Shown here piece by piece: positions 37,994 to 51,868 of a stretch of 64,000 nt of DNA (positions are counted from its first letter, which is position 1; each line of letters begins with the position of its first letter). The stretch comes from Moniliella sp. 'wahieum'. Its lineage: Eukaryota. Made by a program: the position numbers and the translations under genes. The stretch covers positions 744,001 to 808,000 of the forward strand of contig RSEE01000011.1 of the NCBI GenBank assembly GCA_003971905.1, written 5' to 3'. A model generated the notes under the pieces. It was given only the letters and a program-made list of their open reading frames with translations. It was not told where the DNA came from and searched no databases.

Positions 37994-39574
37994 TCAGCGC
38001 GAACTAAAGTACCAGTACTGGTCCACCAGCGGCAGATAGTCCTCCGCCAGCCCCGCCCCCAGCCCCAGCAGCGGCACCGCCCGCAGCGTCCGCAGCAGCG
38101 CCTCCACCCGCGGCCGGGGTGCCTTGCGTCCACACTGGTCCACGCAGCAAGTACCACCCCACGCCTGCGTCCGCCGCCGCCCACTCTCTGCCTCCAGCGG
38201 CGACACCGACTCGCACCCCGCCGGACTGGCCGCGCCACCTCCACCGCCACCCAGCACGGTGGCCAGCACGAGGCGCAGCAGCGCGCCTTGCACGCCTCCT
38301 GCCAGCGGGTTCGATGGGCCACAGCGCGGGCCCAGCCACGTGGATCGAGGAACGGGTCGGGCACCTGTGGGTTGACGGACCATCGCCGTAAAGCGCGGGA
38401 CAGCACGTCGATTCCCCAAGCGGTCGCGATCGGGGTCCAGACGCTCGTCGGCGCAACGAGTCCTGGCGCACGTACCGCCGAACCAGCAGCGCATATACCA
38501 ACGGCCGACACAGGTGCAGCATTTCCGCCACCGCCCCAGCGGGGCCTTGGACCGGACGCACCAGTTCCGACAGCGGCCGTACATCGGTCGGAGCCAACGT
38601 GCGAGATAGGAGAAAGGTATCCACCTCCGCCCGCGTCCAGCTGCGACTGTGAGCGAGAACAGCTTCTTCCTCTGGGTCTACCAACGTCTCGTCCTCCGAA
38701 TCGTCCGAGGCTAGCGACATGGGTTCCGGTACCGGCCCCGTCCCTTGCCCCAACTCGCCAAGGGAGGGATAGGTCAACCCGGTCCTAGAGCCACGATATT
38801 TCCTCCTCCCTTCCTCTGGGGGAGGAGAGACATGCACCGCTGGTACTGCTGATGCTTTTGCGCCCCATGTCACAGGCTGCGATGGCGGCGGCGGTGCGAC
38901 AGGCACCAAGTCGGCTGGGTCAAGTTCGCGCTCGGGCAAGGGATCGTGCAAGACGGGACGCCACCCCGACTGCCAAAGAGACAGAACCGAAGAATAGCTT
39001 GATTGTCTCGAGAGTGACGACGAGGTCGATGGCGCCTGCTTGTCCTGTTGTGGCGCGGGAGAGAGTGGGCGATGAGGCGGTCGATTGAGCTCCTGGTTGC
39101 ACCTTTCCAGGCGCCGCCTTTCTCCGTTTTCGCTGGGCAAGCATCTCAAGAACGAGTTGGATGTGGTGAGGAGAAGCAGGAGGCGGCCTGCACGGCGGTA
39201 AGGTGCATTGCGGACTTGGGACAGGGGTTGTAACGGGTATGTAGGCTGGGCACGTACCCCTTCGGCGTGGCCAGATGGGCCTCGACCTGTCCCTCCCGCT
39301 CCTCCTCGGCAGGGACCGAGAAAGCAGGGTTGATCCAGAGGGAGAAGGCTGGACCGAGGCGTCCGTACGGCCTTTTGGATCGCAGGACGGACCAACGCAT
39401 CGTGGTACACGCCCAGCAGCGCCAGCAGCGCTGCCACCCCCTCTGCGGCCAGTTCCGAGTCGTTGAACCGGCCAGGCAAAAGCCAGGTCAGGGTCCGCAC
39501 CGACGACTCGACCGCTCCGATGGCAGGCGCATGCGTGGCCAGCGCCTGCTCGTACGACCGGAGGAGAAAGACAT
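37994..39574 (-). CDS. PEX16: Peroxisomal membrane biogenesis protein Pex16
   Basis: YEQALATHAPAIGAVESSVRTLTWLLPGRFNDSELAAE, AEMLHLCRPLVYALL, WYLLRGPVW and DYLPLVDQYWYF. Confidence 0.9.
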
Positions 39575-40064
39575 GGTCGGCGGAAGAAGAGCGAGGTGGG
39601 CGTCCGAGGGGGCTTTCACGGTGCTTTGTCGGGGCCGCCTCCCAGCGCCTGGGCCTCTGCCGCCCCACTCGTCCGGCCTTACGTCAGGCGGCGTCAGGCC
39701 TCAGGCCTCAGGCCGCGATAATGGGGTGGGACGATCGATGATTGCTGGCGCTGCGCTGATCGCTGATCACTGAGGTGGATGCTTCAAGCTTCAAGCTTCA
39801 AGCTTCAATATTCAATTCCAGTGCCTAGTCGCGGCCCGCACCATCGATCAGCGATCAGCGATCATCGACCACCCGTCCCACGCGGAGATCAAGATTAGCA
39901 TTATCAGCCGGACTCACGACTCAGGAGACCCATCCCCACCCATCAACACCACCGCCAGCCTCATCCCCACCTCGACCGTCTCCACCTCCACCCCCAACTT
40001 CATCACAATCTACGCCCCTACTTCCTTCTCATCTTCGTCATCCCTACCACCACTACCTTACGAC

Positions 40065-41260
40065 GATGACCCCGCCGTCTGGCGTCAGTCTCGCGCGGGA
40101 CCGACTACGTGAGAGCGAGCGAAACGTGCGAGCCGGTGCGCCTTCCCCTCTTGGCGGTCAGCTTGGCAGTCTCTCTGGGATAACATCATCTGGCCACCTA
40201 CCGCACCTATGAGTCCGCATGCCTCGCCATCGGTATCGCCCTTACCTTCGCCCTCGCCTTCGTCGCCCAGCTCGAGTGGATCGCACTACGGGGTCTCCTA
40301 CCCTTCCCATCCCTCCCACCTCTCCCACTTCTCCTACGCTCCCTTGCGCGCTGCTGGACCTACACTTGGCCCGCTGCGGTTGGGAGCATCGCCCATTGCG
40401 CCTGGGTCGTTGCAGCAGGTATTTTCTTCGTACGCACGACCGCGTCCGGCCCGACGCACGCTCCGCCTCGATCCGCGTCTGGATCCCCGTCTGGATCGGG
40501 TGGGCGAACGAGACGCTCCGAAAGAAAGAGAAAAAGAACGGGAACAGAACGAGAACGAGAACGAGAAAGAGAAAGAGAGCGGTCGCGCACGTTCCTAGCA
40601 CCCGAAGGGACGGAAGAGGACGAAATGGATTTGGCGCGGCTGCTCGAAGCGCGTCCGCCTGACTGCACCCTTTTTCCCACCAGTGCCACCAGTCCCCGCA
40701 TGACAATGACCATGACCATGACGGGCTCTCTGTCCTCCAGCATTGCCCGCACCGCCGCACCGCCTGGACGAGTCACCGCCCCCCCGCCCCAAGGCCACAT
40801 TTCACGAAGACGGATCGACCGCATGCTGTCCGGATGCGGAGAACGTGCAGGCGAGTACGGGGTGGTGTGTGGGACCAGCGGCCGGGGTGGCGGTGCACTC
40901 GGACGTGGAACCTGGAAGGGAACCGGGAAAGGGAACCGAGAAGGGACCAGGGACTGGAAGGCGGAGCGGGTGGGGAGGTGGACCCTCGCGTAGGAGGGAG
41001 AGGGGGAAGGGGAATGGGAATGGGAGGGGGCGTGCAGCCAGTGGAAGAAGGTCACGAGGAACGGGATGACGATGTACCCGGTCCATTGGAGTTGGGCGAT
41101 CCATCGAGCCCTACGGAATGGTGGAAGACATCAACGCAGCCGCGACTGGAACTGCACTGGTGGGACCGAGATCGAGAACCACCGGTGGCCGGCCATGTAA
41201 TTACTGATGGCTATGGATTCGATACTGCATGTCATTGCATATCATGTTCCTTTTTGGTAT
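40065..41260 (+). CDS. Possible low-complexity hypothetical protein
   Basis: Chain of + strand ORFs with Ser/Pro-rich and E/R/N-rich segments. No recognisable domain. Confidence 0.3.
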
Positions 41261-42155
41261 GAAGTGGGTAGGGTGGGACGTGGTGTAGGCGAGGTGTGTT
41301 GGCCATGGGGGTGCCAGTTGCCAGTTGCCAGTTGCGAGTACCACGTTATTGCGTCTCTTGTCCCCTATCTCAGATCTATGACCGCACATCTCCTATACCC
41401 AGCAGAGTACTCTTTCCTCATCCCGAGTGTACAGTCCCCGTCGTTACCAGCATACCCTCATTATGCACTCTCCTCATCCATCCAAGGCATTGGGTCTGAA
41501 CTATGTCATGGATACACACATTCCTACAGCGTGTAGCATCTTCACCGCTTCGGTTCGCTCACGAGATGGTTCTCTCACTCACATGCGGTAAAAGATACCT
41601 CGTAGAATTCGAGGAAGAGAGAATGAAGCCGCAGATCTGAGGAGAGGGTACTATTGAAGAAGGAATAATGAAAAGGAGAATATAGGGCCTTGAACAGGCA
41701 CTATAGTCAGGGTTCTCCCATCCATGTGGACAGGGAGGATGACGTGATAGAGGTATCTCAGTGCATCTCCCCATCAGATTGCAGGTCTCGAGAGGGACAG
41801 AGGTGGAGGTGGGGAAGATGGGGTGGAGTTTGTAGCGACCTAGCTATACTGGCCAACAGCCCTCGGCCGCAATGTTCGATGTATCCTACCAACTATACCA
41901 ACACCCGCACATTGAAGCTTGAAGCTTGAACGTTGAACGTTTTCATGCGTCAACTACATCAATGACAGTATTGAAATACTGAACGATAATTTGTCCACGT
42001 TTCACATGCCCAAGCAAGAAGCCAACCCTACTGTTTTATTGCGGCGCGCAACCCTAGAGATGAACGACCGGCCGCAGCACGCGAGGTTCAGCGTGAAACC
42101 ACAGCGGCGGGAGCTGCTTTGTCCTCACCATCGACGCGGTCTCGCTGGATTCAAG

Positions 42156-42458
42156 GTAAGTGCACCTACCCATCAAGGGGGGCGATCGATGCGCGGCATC
42201 ACAGGCCAGGAGGAGGGAAGGGTTCCCGCATGCGCTCGACACCAACGCGGTGGTCGACCACGGCGTGTGTCGAGCGCACCTGGGAGCTGGTGGTAGGACA
42301 TGCACTGTCGCGTTGGCTACTTTGGCATCCGGTTGGGGCTGATACTCCCTGTGGGCCCTTTCTCCCCTTCTTGCCGCCCCCCCTGTTCACCCCCCCCACC
42401 CCCCCATGCAACTTGAGATGAAAACATGATGGCTAACGTCTTGGTTTGCCGCTTACAG
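42156..42458 (+). other. 5'-UTR intron of RPS14 containing a long stem-loop
   Basis: GTAAGT donor at 42156, GCTAAC branch at 42432 and CAG acceptor at 42458, 6 nt before the ATG. Hairpin at 42222-42287. Confidence 0.75.
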
Positions 42459-42464
42459 TTCACG

Positions 42465-42910
<446 letters not shown>

Positions 42911-43164
42911 GCAGCTTCATCGCTTTCACAGCTTGGCGGTTGCGCAGGGAACCTATCTCAGGCAGGTTTTCCTGGCCTCAAAGTTGGAAACTTTTCTTGG
43001 GTTTCCACCTCCCCTCCAATGGAGCATCTGGCTCTACTGGTTCTGGGCATTGCCATTTCAAGCACAGTGTGCCCTTCAGTGCTTTGTGCCTGCTACATGT
43101 CGTACCCTTCTTCTGGCAAGGTGCCAGCTTAAAAATCCATGGCTCTGTCCTGATTCATGCATCA

Positions 43165-44137
<973 letters not shown>

Positions 44138-44545
44138 GGTGAGTGGGGGTGGGGTGGGATGGGATGGGATGGTGGGGGTGGGGCGGGCCAAGCACAGCGC
44201 ATCGCATCGCACCAATCCAGTCGCACTGCTCCGCGCTGTCTGGCTAGCGGCGGACGCGGTGGGCAGATGAGGTAAGCGCGGGGCGCACGGGGGCGCTGTG
44301 GGCACTGCCACCGGGGGCGCGTCTGTCGTGGCACAGGAGTAGCTCGCGACGGGAGCGGACGTGGGCAGTTGAAAGTATCATACGTGCGTGCAGGTCACAC
44401 GCCCTGGGACGCGTCACGTGAAGGCCCAGCAGCGGGCTGTCGTGGAGCAGTACTGGATCTAACCGATCCAACCCCATCGACTCCCACTCGCCGCGGCAGC
44501 CAGCAGCGCAGGCAGGATGCAGCCGGCGCCGCCAGCCCCACCAGC

Positions 44546-46880
44546 ATGCCGCCCACCCGCATCCACTCCTCCTCCCCCCCCTCCCCTCCCCCCTCCGACC
44601 TCGACCTGCCGCCTGGCCAGCCGCATCGGCCTCCCGCCTCCGTCCCGCGCCGCGCCACCCAGCGGCTCGGCGCCAGCATTGCCCCCCGCGGCACACTCGT
44701 TGCCCACGCGCACCCCCCCCCCCATCCTCCAAGAACGCCGCCCCAACCCCACACCCGTCGACCTCACCCGCTCCAACCAAGCCTCGTCCCCGCGCCCGCA
44801 CGCTCATCGCTCCCTCCCCCTTGCTCCTGCGCATGCCGTCACGGACCCCGGCTCCGATTCGGACGAGCTGGATGTTGCTGCTCCCTGCACAGGCCCAAGG
44901 GCCTGGTGGCACGCATGTATGGCCAACCCCCGCATCTGTCTCGCTCCTCCCCGCCTCCACCACAGTCCATCCGAACTAGCGCCTCCTCCCCGCCGCCGGT
45001 GCAACAGCCAACTTCGTCTTCCCACCTACTCTAGCCCCAACCCCTATCCCACCACCCTGACTTACGACCCCCCCAGCAGCTCCCAAAGTGATCTGGCTGC
45101 CTCGGACGCCCCTCTCAAACCTAACAGTCGTGCTCGGCTTAAGCTCCCATCCTTCCGCTCTCGGATCGGCAACGATCCGTCCGATCCTGAAGTTGGCCTT
45201 ACCGCTGCTCCTGCCTCTGCCACTTCGGCAACCGTTCTGGCCCAAGTCGTCAGAAGATTCCGATCTGGATGGTCCGCACTCTCCACGCCCGCGCCATCTC
45301 GCCCATCTCGCCCGCCGGTCCAACTCAAGTGCCTCGGTCCGCCTCGTTCGAAACGTAGCTTGTCCAGTTGTGTTTCGGCCCAAGACCCACCTGCCCGCCC
45401 TACCCTCAAGACGATTGCCTTGTCAGGCCCGACCAAAGCCCACCTCGCCGAAGTGGGCAAACAGCAGGAGCACTGGGAACATGCGCATGTACAACTACAA
45501 CAGCGCTTGGTCCAATCTGAGGACCTTGACAATGCATCCAGCTCCGTTGGCGCGGTAGAGCGGACGCCAGCCCCGGTGGCTGGACCAGGCGCGTCCCGGT
45601 CCAAGCAGAAGCTCGATGCTCAAATTTGGGCCATGGCCAATTCAGCCACCACCTCAACAGGGTCCAAGCGCTCGCTCACCAGTACTGTGCCCACTGTGGT
45701 TACGAACTTGGAGACTTGCCCTTTCTGCTCCAACCCGCTTCCCAAAAGGATGACCACGGCGCTGGTACGCATGCTCCAACCATTGCTCGACGAGTTCCAT
45801 CGTACCCATGGGCACGTGGGTGGGCAACAGACTGTAGGCGTATGTCTGCGGCACGAGGATGAACGTGTAACCGTCCCCCACGGACTGAAGCAGGGGTGGC
45901 CAACGCGTTTGGATGTCGCTCATTTGCGCGGGCGGGTCAAGTTTGGGACAGACCGATCGGGTGGGGGGGACGAGGAACCTCCCAAAGCCGTTCACTGGGC
46001 CCGATTGGCTACGATCATTGCCCATCCGGAGGAGAGCACGTGGTTCACCGCCCTGCTTAAGCGGATCAAGACCCAGGGCCAACGTGCGTTGAGCACCAGA
46101 GCACAGATGGACGCTGTGGCGGACCAGCGGGCGGGGTACTATGGGGAACAGGATGGGAAACGTTATTGACCATGTGCCTCGTTGAGTTTCTCCCTTCGTC
46201 CACACGGGAGAAAGACAACAAGATACGTACTCCTGCTCGGCCGGATAATTCCTCCGATGCCTCACCCATTTGCATCCGCTCTGATGGTACTCCTCCCGTC
46301 CTGGACCGCAAACCCACTGAATTCGTTCCACTCACGATCGATGTAGATCGGATCCACCCGGTTCCCCCGACCATCTTTGTTCACTCGGTTTTGATGCCCG
46401 AGTTGATTGTCAGTTTGTTGCGGGAAGATTTACGAGGGGGTGGCAAGCCGGCCTCGCGCACGGAAGCGATCCGATTGCGCGACGCAAGTACTCGGTACGG
46501 TTCGGCGCTTTTCCCGGCAGATCGGCGCTTGGCTATCGACCCAATACTCTTACTCGTTCGATCGACCCCGATGGGGGAGACCGGACGATCAATCTTGCTT
46601 CCCCACGCAAAGGGAAGGGAACCTCCCGGGGAACTCGCAGGGGACCTCCCGGAGCCCTCACGTACCAAACCCTACTGCCCCCACTGGCCTTACTTGTCTC
46701 GAGAAGCAACCACCATCGTCCCCATCGCATCGCGTTCGCATTACTGTTTCCTCCCCTCTTTCTTCTTCCGACCGTTCCTCTGCTCCTTCCTCTGCCCGCC
46801 CCTCTTCGGCCTCGACCACAGGACCTGGTCCAGGTAGGTCAGTCAAAGTCAAGCGAAAACGTGCTGCCCGTTCACGTTAG
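44546..46880 (+). CDS. RTC4-like domain protein (long disordered N-terminus)
   Basis: CPFC...VCLRH...GWP..LD...LRGRV, AGYYGEQG, FVHSVLMPELIVSLLRED and EA..LRDASTRYG..LFP resemble the fungal RTC4-like C-terminal domain. Confidence 0.7.
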
Positions 46881-46977
46881 ATACCATCCTCAAATGAGTA
46901 TTGAGGTCAATCGTCATTATCAGAACATGTCCATGTACTCTACTATCTAAGCTGTTGCTTCAGTCTTGGCTAATTCT

Positions 46978-47636
46978 TGTGACACATACTAAAAACTGAG
47001 CCCCGATAGCGGGGGAGGGCTCAACTACTTTGGTCTTGAGACCTCTCTACTAAGAAAGTCTCCCACGTTCTGCTTATACATGTCTGCATGAGGCACTTGA
47101 GGCCTGGTTCCTTCTGTATATAAGCAGCCATGTCCAAGACTTGCTAGTAGTTGTGGTCCTTGTCGACCGTCCTGCCCCTGGTCTCCCCGGCTTTCCGTTC
47201 CTCTCTCGCCCTTCCAACCTTCTACCACCTTTACGAATTTACGACTCGCGTCGATTACACTGCCAGCCGCGGTTACTCTCAGTAGCCCTTGCTTTTTCCT
47301 AACTTTAGGACTGCGCCTGCTTCCACCTACTACAGCGCGTCGAGTTTGGTGACGCTGCGGGGAACAGCGTTACCGGTTACGCCGGAGCTCCTAGACCCCC
47401 TTCATCTGCTCTGCCGACCTACGTACGCGGCTCCTACCTCGGAGAGTCTGAGCTGCGGCCTTTGCACGCAGGCAGCCACCCAACTAACTAGAGGGTCTCT
47501 CCCTCGCCTCTGCACCCGCGCGGTTCAACCTGGATCTGAGGCAGGACCTAATGTACGTGGCTCCGATTGTTCGTCCAAGGGTTTGTATCCCTAAACTACA
47601 GGCGTGGGTCTCACCGCGGGGGCTCTCCTCATGACA
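46978..47636 (+). mobile_element. Solo-LTR-like dispersed repeat, copy 2
   Basis: Reverse-complement homology to 12097-12665; TATATAAG at ~47117; ends in ...CTCATGACA. Left end uncertain. Confidence 0.65.
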
Positions 47637-48113
47637 GTGGTTGGGAGGTGGCAGCCAAATGTGACTTTCGACCCGGGCCAAGCGGCGCGCGCCTATCGGT
47701 GATACAAGCCAACGAGATGGGATGGCTCTTGGCTCCATGCACATGCACAGGGTTCCTCCCCTGGTGGAGCAGCTACGGTATACGAACCTTGCCCTTTTCC
47801 TTCAGCGCGCCAACCTCTTGGTTCCTTCGCGCTGCTACACAGCCAAGGAAGAGATACAAAGATCAATGCGACTGAGGAAAGGATGCCATGCTAATTAGAC
47901 TCGGCCGTGAAAAAAGAAAAAAGGAGGGGTGGGTACGTCCTGCGAAGCAAGTCCTGCGTCAGCGAATGGGGGCTCCGAGCGAGGCAGGTACGTCCAAGAA
48001 AAAAAACATACCTGGAAGTGGAACGTAGAGCAGAACCTAGGGGACCACAGTTCCCGCTCCAACTCTATTCTGCGTAGCGACCACGTGCTTCAGGGATCGG
48101 ATCGCACGAGCAT

Positions 48114-48301
48114 TTACTCCTGGCTTTCGGCCTGGAGCTTAGCGTAGAAGTTGTCGCGCTTCTGGACGTAGGGCAGGTGGATGCCGTACCAGAAGGCAGA
48201 ACCACCGGCAAAGCCGAGGGCCAGACCAACGGAAAGGTCGCGGAAGAAGCTCTTGCGGAGCATGCCGTGATGGGCGCAATCTGGCCAGCGACAGCGGACA
48301 T
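48114..48301 (-). CDS. COX9: Cytochrome c oxidase subunit 9 (VIIa)
   Basis: IAPIT|GMLRKSFFRDLSVGLALGFAGGSAFWYGIHLPYVQKRDNFYAKL, with one frameshift. Confidence 0.85.
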
Positions 48302-48884
48302 GGTTGAGCAGAGAGGACAAGTGAGGCGCAAGAGGTGGAGGAGACGAGACGGGACGAGCCTGCCGAGTCGGACAAGGCCCAGCTGCAATTTGCCTTTGGT
48401 GACCAGACGCCCCAGCGGGCGCAGAGGGCAGGCGGGTGGGTGGCACTGGACCAGCGTCCGGGTCTGCTGGACCGGTACTGCCCCCGTGCGATGGGGACAT
48501 TAGAAATGGGTCGGGCAAGCCAAGCGAGCAACCCTACTGCTGGGGTGGCAACAGATTACCTCAGCGGAGGGGAAACGCGGACTGGCGTTGTGAAGCGTTC
48601 AACTGAACGTCACATGTTCACAGCCCAGACAGCACCTCTACTTAGGCGCTGTGGATGATCGATGATCGATGACGTTGAATGTTGACGACGTTGACGGGAT
48701 AGGTCTTAGGGTTAAGTGGAGCCACTTGGCGTCTGGGCTGTGTGGGGCGGGGCGCTGCGACGGGGGGCAGCGTATGTGAACCAGGGTGTTGGCGCTCAAG
48801 CGCAGCATCTCAGATCTTGGCATTCGCTCCGCCTTGGCCCTGACTGGTGGGACCACACCACCGCCACTGGCCAGAGCCACACCC

Positions 48885-50890
48885 ATGCCCAGACCCCGCA
48901 ATGCGCAGGTCCTCTTCGACTTTAGCGCCACCGATGCCGAGGAAATCACCGTCCAGGAAGACGACCGTGTGCTTTTGCTCCGCACCGGCGCCGACGGCTG
49001 GTCGCTCGTGCGCACAAGTGCCGGCGCACAGGGCATTGTGCCCAGCAGCTACCTCGCTCCGGTAGCCTCGGCGTCGGATGCGCCTCCGGAGGCAGAGCTT
49101 GCGCGGAAGAGGAGGAGCTGCGCCAGCTCGAGGACGACGAAGCTACCAGGCGACATGATCACCACCAACCGCGCGACCAACCGTCGCTGCAATCGGCTCC
49201 GCAGCCAACCGCGCGCACGCACGAAAAACTTTGGCGCAAGCTCAGCTCCAAACGGCATGATGATTATGACCGCCAACGTGCCACCATTCTCACAACGCCT
49301 CCCTTGGATCTACTCACAGTGGTAGCTCGTTCCCTTCTGGCCGCCGAACGGACTTGGCCCCCCACTCGGCACCTCCACCCACCAAAACCACGTCGTCCTT
49401 TGCGCCCGGAAAGCCAAATAAAGCAGATGTTCGTATATGGTACGACAAGACGGGCGAGTTCAAAACCGAGGCTGCGTTTCTTGGTTTGACTCCAGGCCCC
49501 GACGGGGAACGGAATATTCGGTTACACAAGACCAATGGTTCCCTCATCACCGTCGAGCCAAGGTTGATGAGCTTGGCTGACATTCAATTTCTCGAGGAGT
49601 TACGGGCCAACGTCTCCGTGAGAAGGATGATCAGGACGTGCGTCTGGCCAGCGATGTGATGGTCAGCATGGGCTATGGGAAGCAGCGTGGGGCCGGACGA
49701 AAATTGGGAGAGATGGGACAGTCGCTGAAACATCGGATTGGCCATGACCCATCGTGGTGCCAGTCGCCGAGAAGCGATGGCGGAGCAACAACATTCCGAG
49801 GCAGAGGAACGTGAACATCAAGTCCAAATGGAGCGTGCGCGTCAATTGGAGCGCCAACTGGCTCGCGCTAAAGAGCAAAACGCTCTTCACCGCACACGTG
49901 AGCTGGAGCGTGAACTAGTTCAGGTTAAAGAGCAAAATGCTCGCTACCAGTCCCTCTCACATTCTGTCACTCAGCCCCCTCTGCCGCCCCAGAGCAACTC
50001 GAAATGGGTTCAGGAATTCCTCCAGGCTGGTATCGACGAAGAAGACGCTCAGCGGTACGCCGATGTGTTTGAGGAAGAACATGTCGATCCTTCTGTCCTC
50101 CCTCATTTGGACCCCGCCGCTTTCCGTACCTTGACACTCAAAGAAGGTGACATTATTCGATTCCGCAAGTACATCCGCACGCAAGCCCCCCTGAACCCAC
50201 GGATGTTTCTCGTCCCGACCGCAATACCAGGCGACCTACTGGTGGCTCATGAATGTGTCTGCTTCGCCTGGTGGACCAGCCATCTCCCGGCACCGGCCGC
50301 TCCCCAACGGTTGGAAAACAAACCCAATCAACCCGTCCCGATCCCTCCCTCTCCCCCCGCCCAACCCGCACAGAACCCTCACCGCCGTCTCCACTTCCTG
50401 CTCACCAGCCTCTGTCACCCTCGGCTGAGCCGCCACGTGCTCCGGTTTCCTCCGCCCCAGCGCCAGAGCCGGCCCCACCCCTACCTCAACCCCGCCCCCA
50501 GGCTCCTACTCCCGTGTCTCCCTTACATGGCGTGTTTGATGACGTTGCAGCTACGCCCGCGCTTCCGCCTGCTCCTGGGACATGGGGGGGTCCGTTTACT
50601 TCCCCGACTGGGTGGTATGCGCCCGGGATAAGTAACGTACCTCAGTATTATCCTTTGGGTACGTTCCCGATGGCACCTATGGCAACCGGAATGGCACAGC
50701 CTATATCCTGCAGCCGAACCTGGGTCAGCCGGGTATGGCACTGCAGCCACAGTCTACCTCTACTTGGTCGCCTGTTTCCCCTGCCTCTGTATCTCCAGGT
50801 ACGACAGGAGCAACGAGTACGCCAAGTCCGATGCCGCTCATGAGGCAGGCGAACCGGGATGATCTTTCTCCCACCTCTGCTTTTCTCAGA
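48885..50890 (+). CDS. Sla1-like endocytic adaptor: SH3 + SHD1 + SAM-like SHD2 + Pro-rich tail
   Basis: AQVLFDFSATDAEEITVQEDD..GW..GIVPSSYL (SH3); VRIWYDKTGEFKTEAAFLG..IRLHKTNG..MSLADIQFLE (SHD1); WVQEFLQAGID..RYADVF..LKEGDIIR (SHD2). Confidence 0.85.
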
Positions 50891-51185
50891 TGAAGACTGG
50901 GACGTTTGCCCCACCAGACAAGTACGCTGCGCGCTGCGCGACTTGGACCAGGCAGGTGCCTCCTCGACTGGCTCGCCCGATGCACGGTGGTACCATTAAC
51001 AGTGCTTGCTTCGTAGGTCAGACTGGTTTGCGTACTTTTGAGCACCTGTATACCAATGGCATGGTGACAATCAAACTCGGCTTCCTCTGGCAATGCTTTC
51101 CGTGCATGTCAGCACACATACTCTGCAACTAGCTTGCATTGGCGCCAATGGGCCTTAGGTCTTATATAGGAGAGTGAAACACTTT

Positions 51186-51783
51186 CTACCAATCGTCTTC
51201 GGTCCCAGGGATCCCGGTGGAGAAAGCGGACGGGTGAGGCAAGCTGGACACTATATGACCACTGGGATATGCAAAGCTAATGGATGCTGGTGAGATCTGA
51301 GAAGAGGCAGATGTGCCGTTGGGTGTTGGGTGTGTTGGTCTGTTGGTCTGATGAGGCTGGCTCGGCTGGTGGGGGGGAGAAAAAACGTTCGGGCATCGGC
51401 TCAAAATCAGGGTGTGGGGCACGGAGCCTGTGTGCGGCCCTGTGACGTAAGGCGGCACCAGCGGTGTTTTGTTGAGCGTTGTGGGCAGCAGCGCGTACGG
51501 ACGTGCGCTGCTGGGCGCCGCACGCGTGCAGTCACCAAGCGCAACCCTAGTGCTCAGCAGAAAAGCCACTGCCCAGCGCCAGTGCTGGGGCAGGCGCTGG
51601 GCACCTGCCAGTGTGGCCCAGGCGACGCAGGCCGCGGGGCAGGGGCGGCACGGGGGCGGTGGGTGTTGTGGTGCGCTGCAAAATCTTAGGTGCTGCTGCT
51701 ACTCCACGCGGCCTTCTTTCTTCTGCCACCACCACCGCCGCTGCGCAGCCCTTCGCCGTCCTCCCGCCTCGCTGCCCCGGCAT
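51186..51783 (-). CDS. Possible hypothetical protein divergent from KAP95
   Basis: Minus-strand ORF pieces ending ...SISFAYPSGHIVSSLPHPSAFSTGIPGTEDDW*. No motif recognised. Confidence 0.25.
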
Positions 51784-51868
51784 CTGCCTGCCCATTCCGA
51801 GCGGCTGTTCTGTTTCTTATCCTCCTCGCCTCCGCTGTCTCCATCCCGCCCGTCCCTATCTGCCCACC

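Noticed and set aside
8211..41941. Restriction-site-like hexamers (HindIII, ClaI, BglII, StuI, ScaI) as cloning-vector or linker contamination
   Set aside because: They are scattered, degenerate, tandem at 7-bp phase and embedded in native intergenic DNA. There is no polylinker order or vector backbone.
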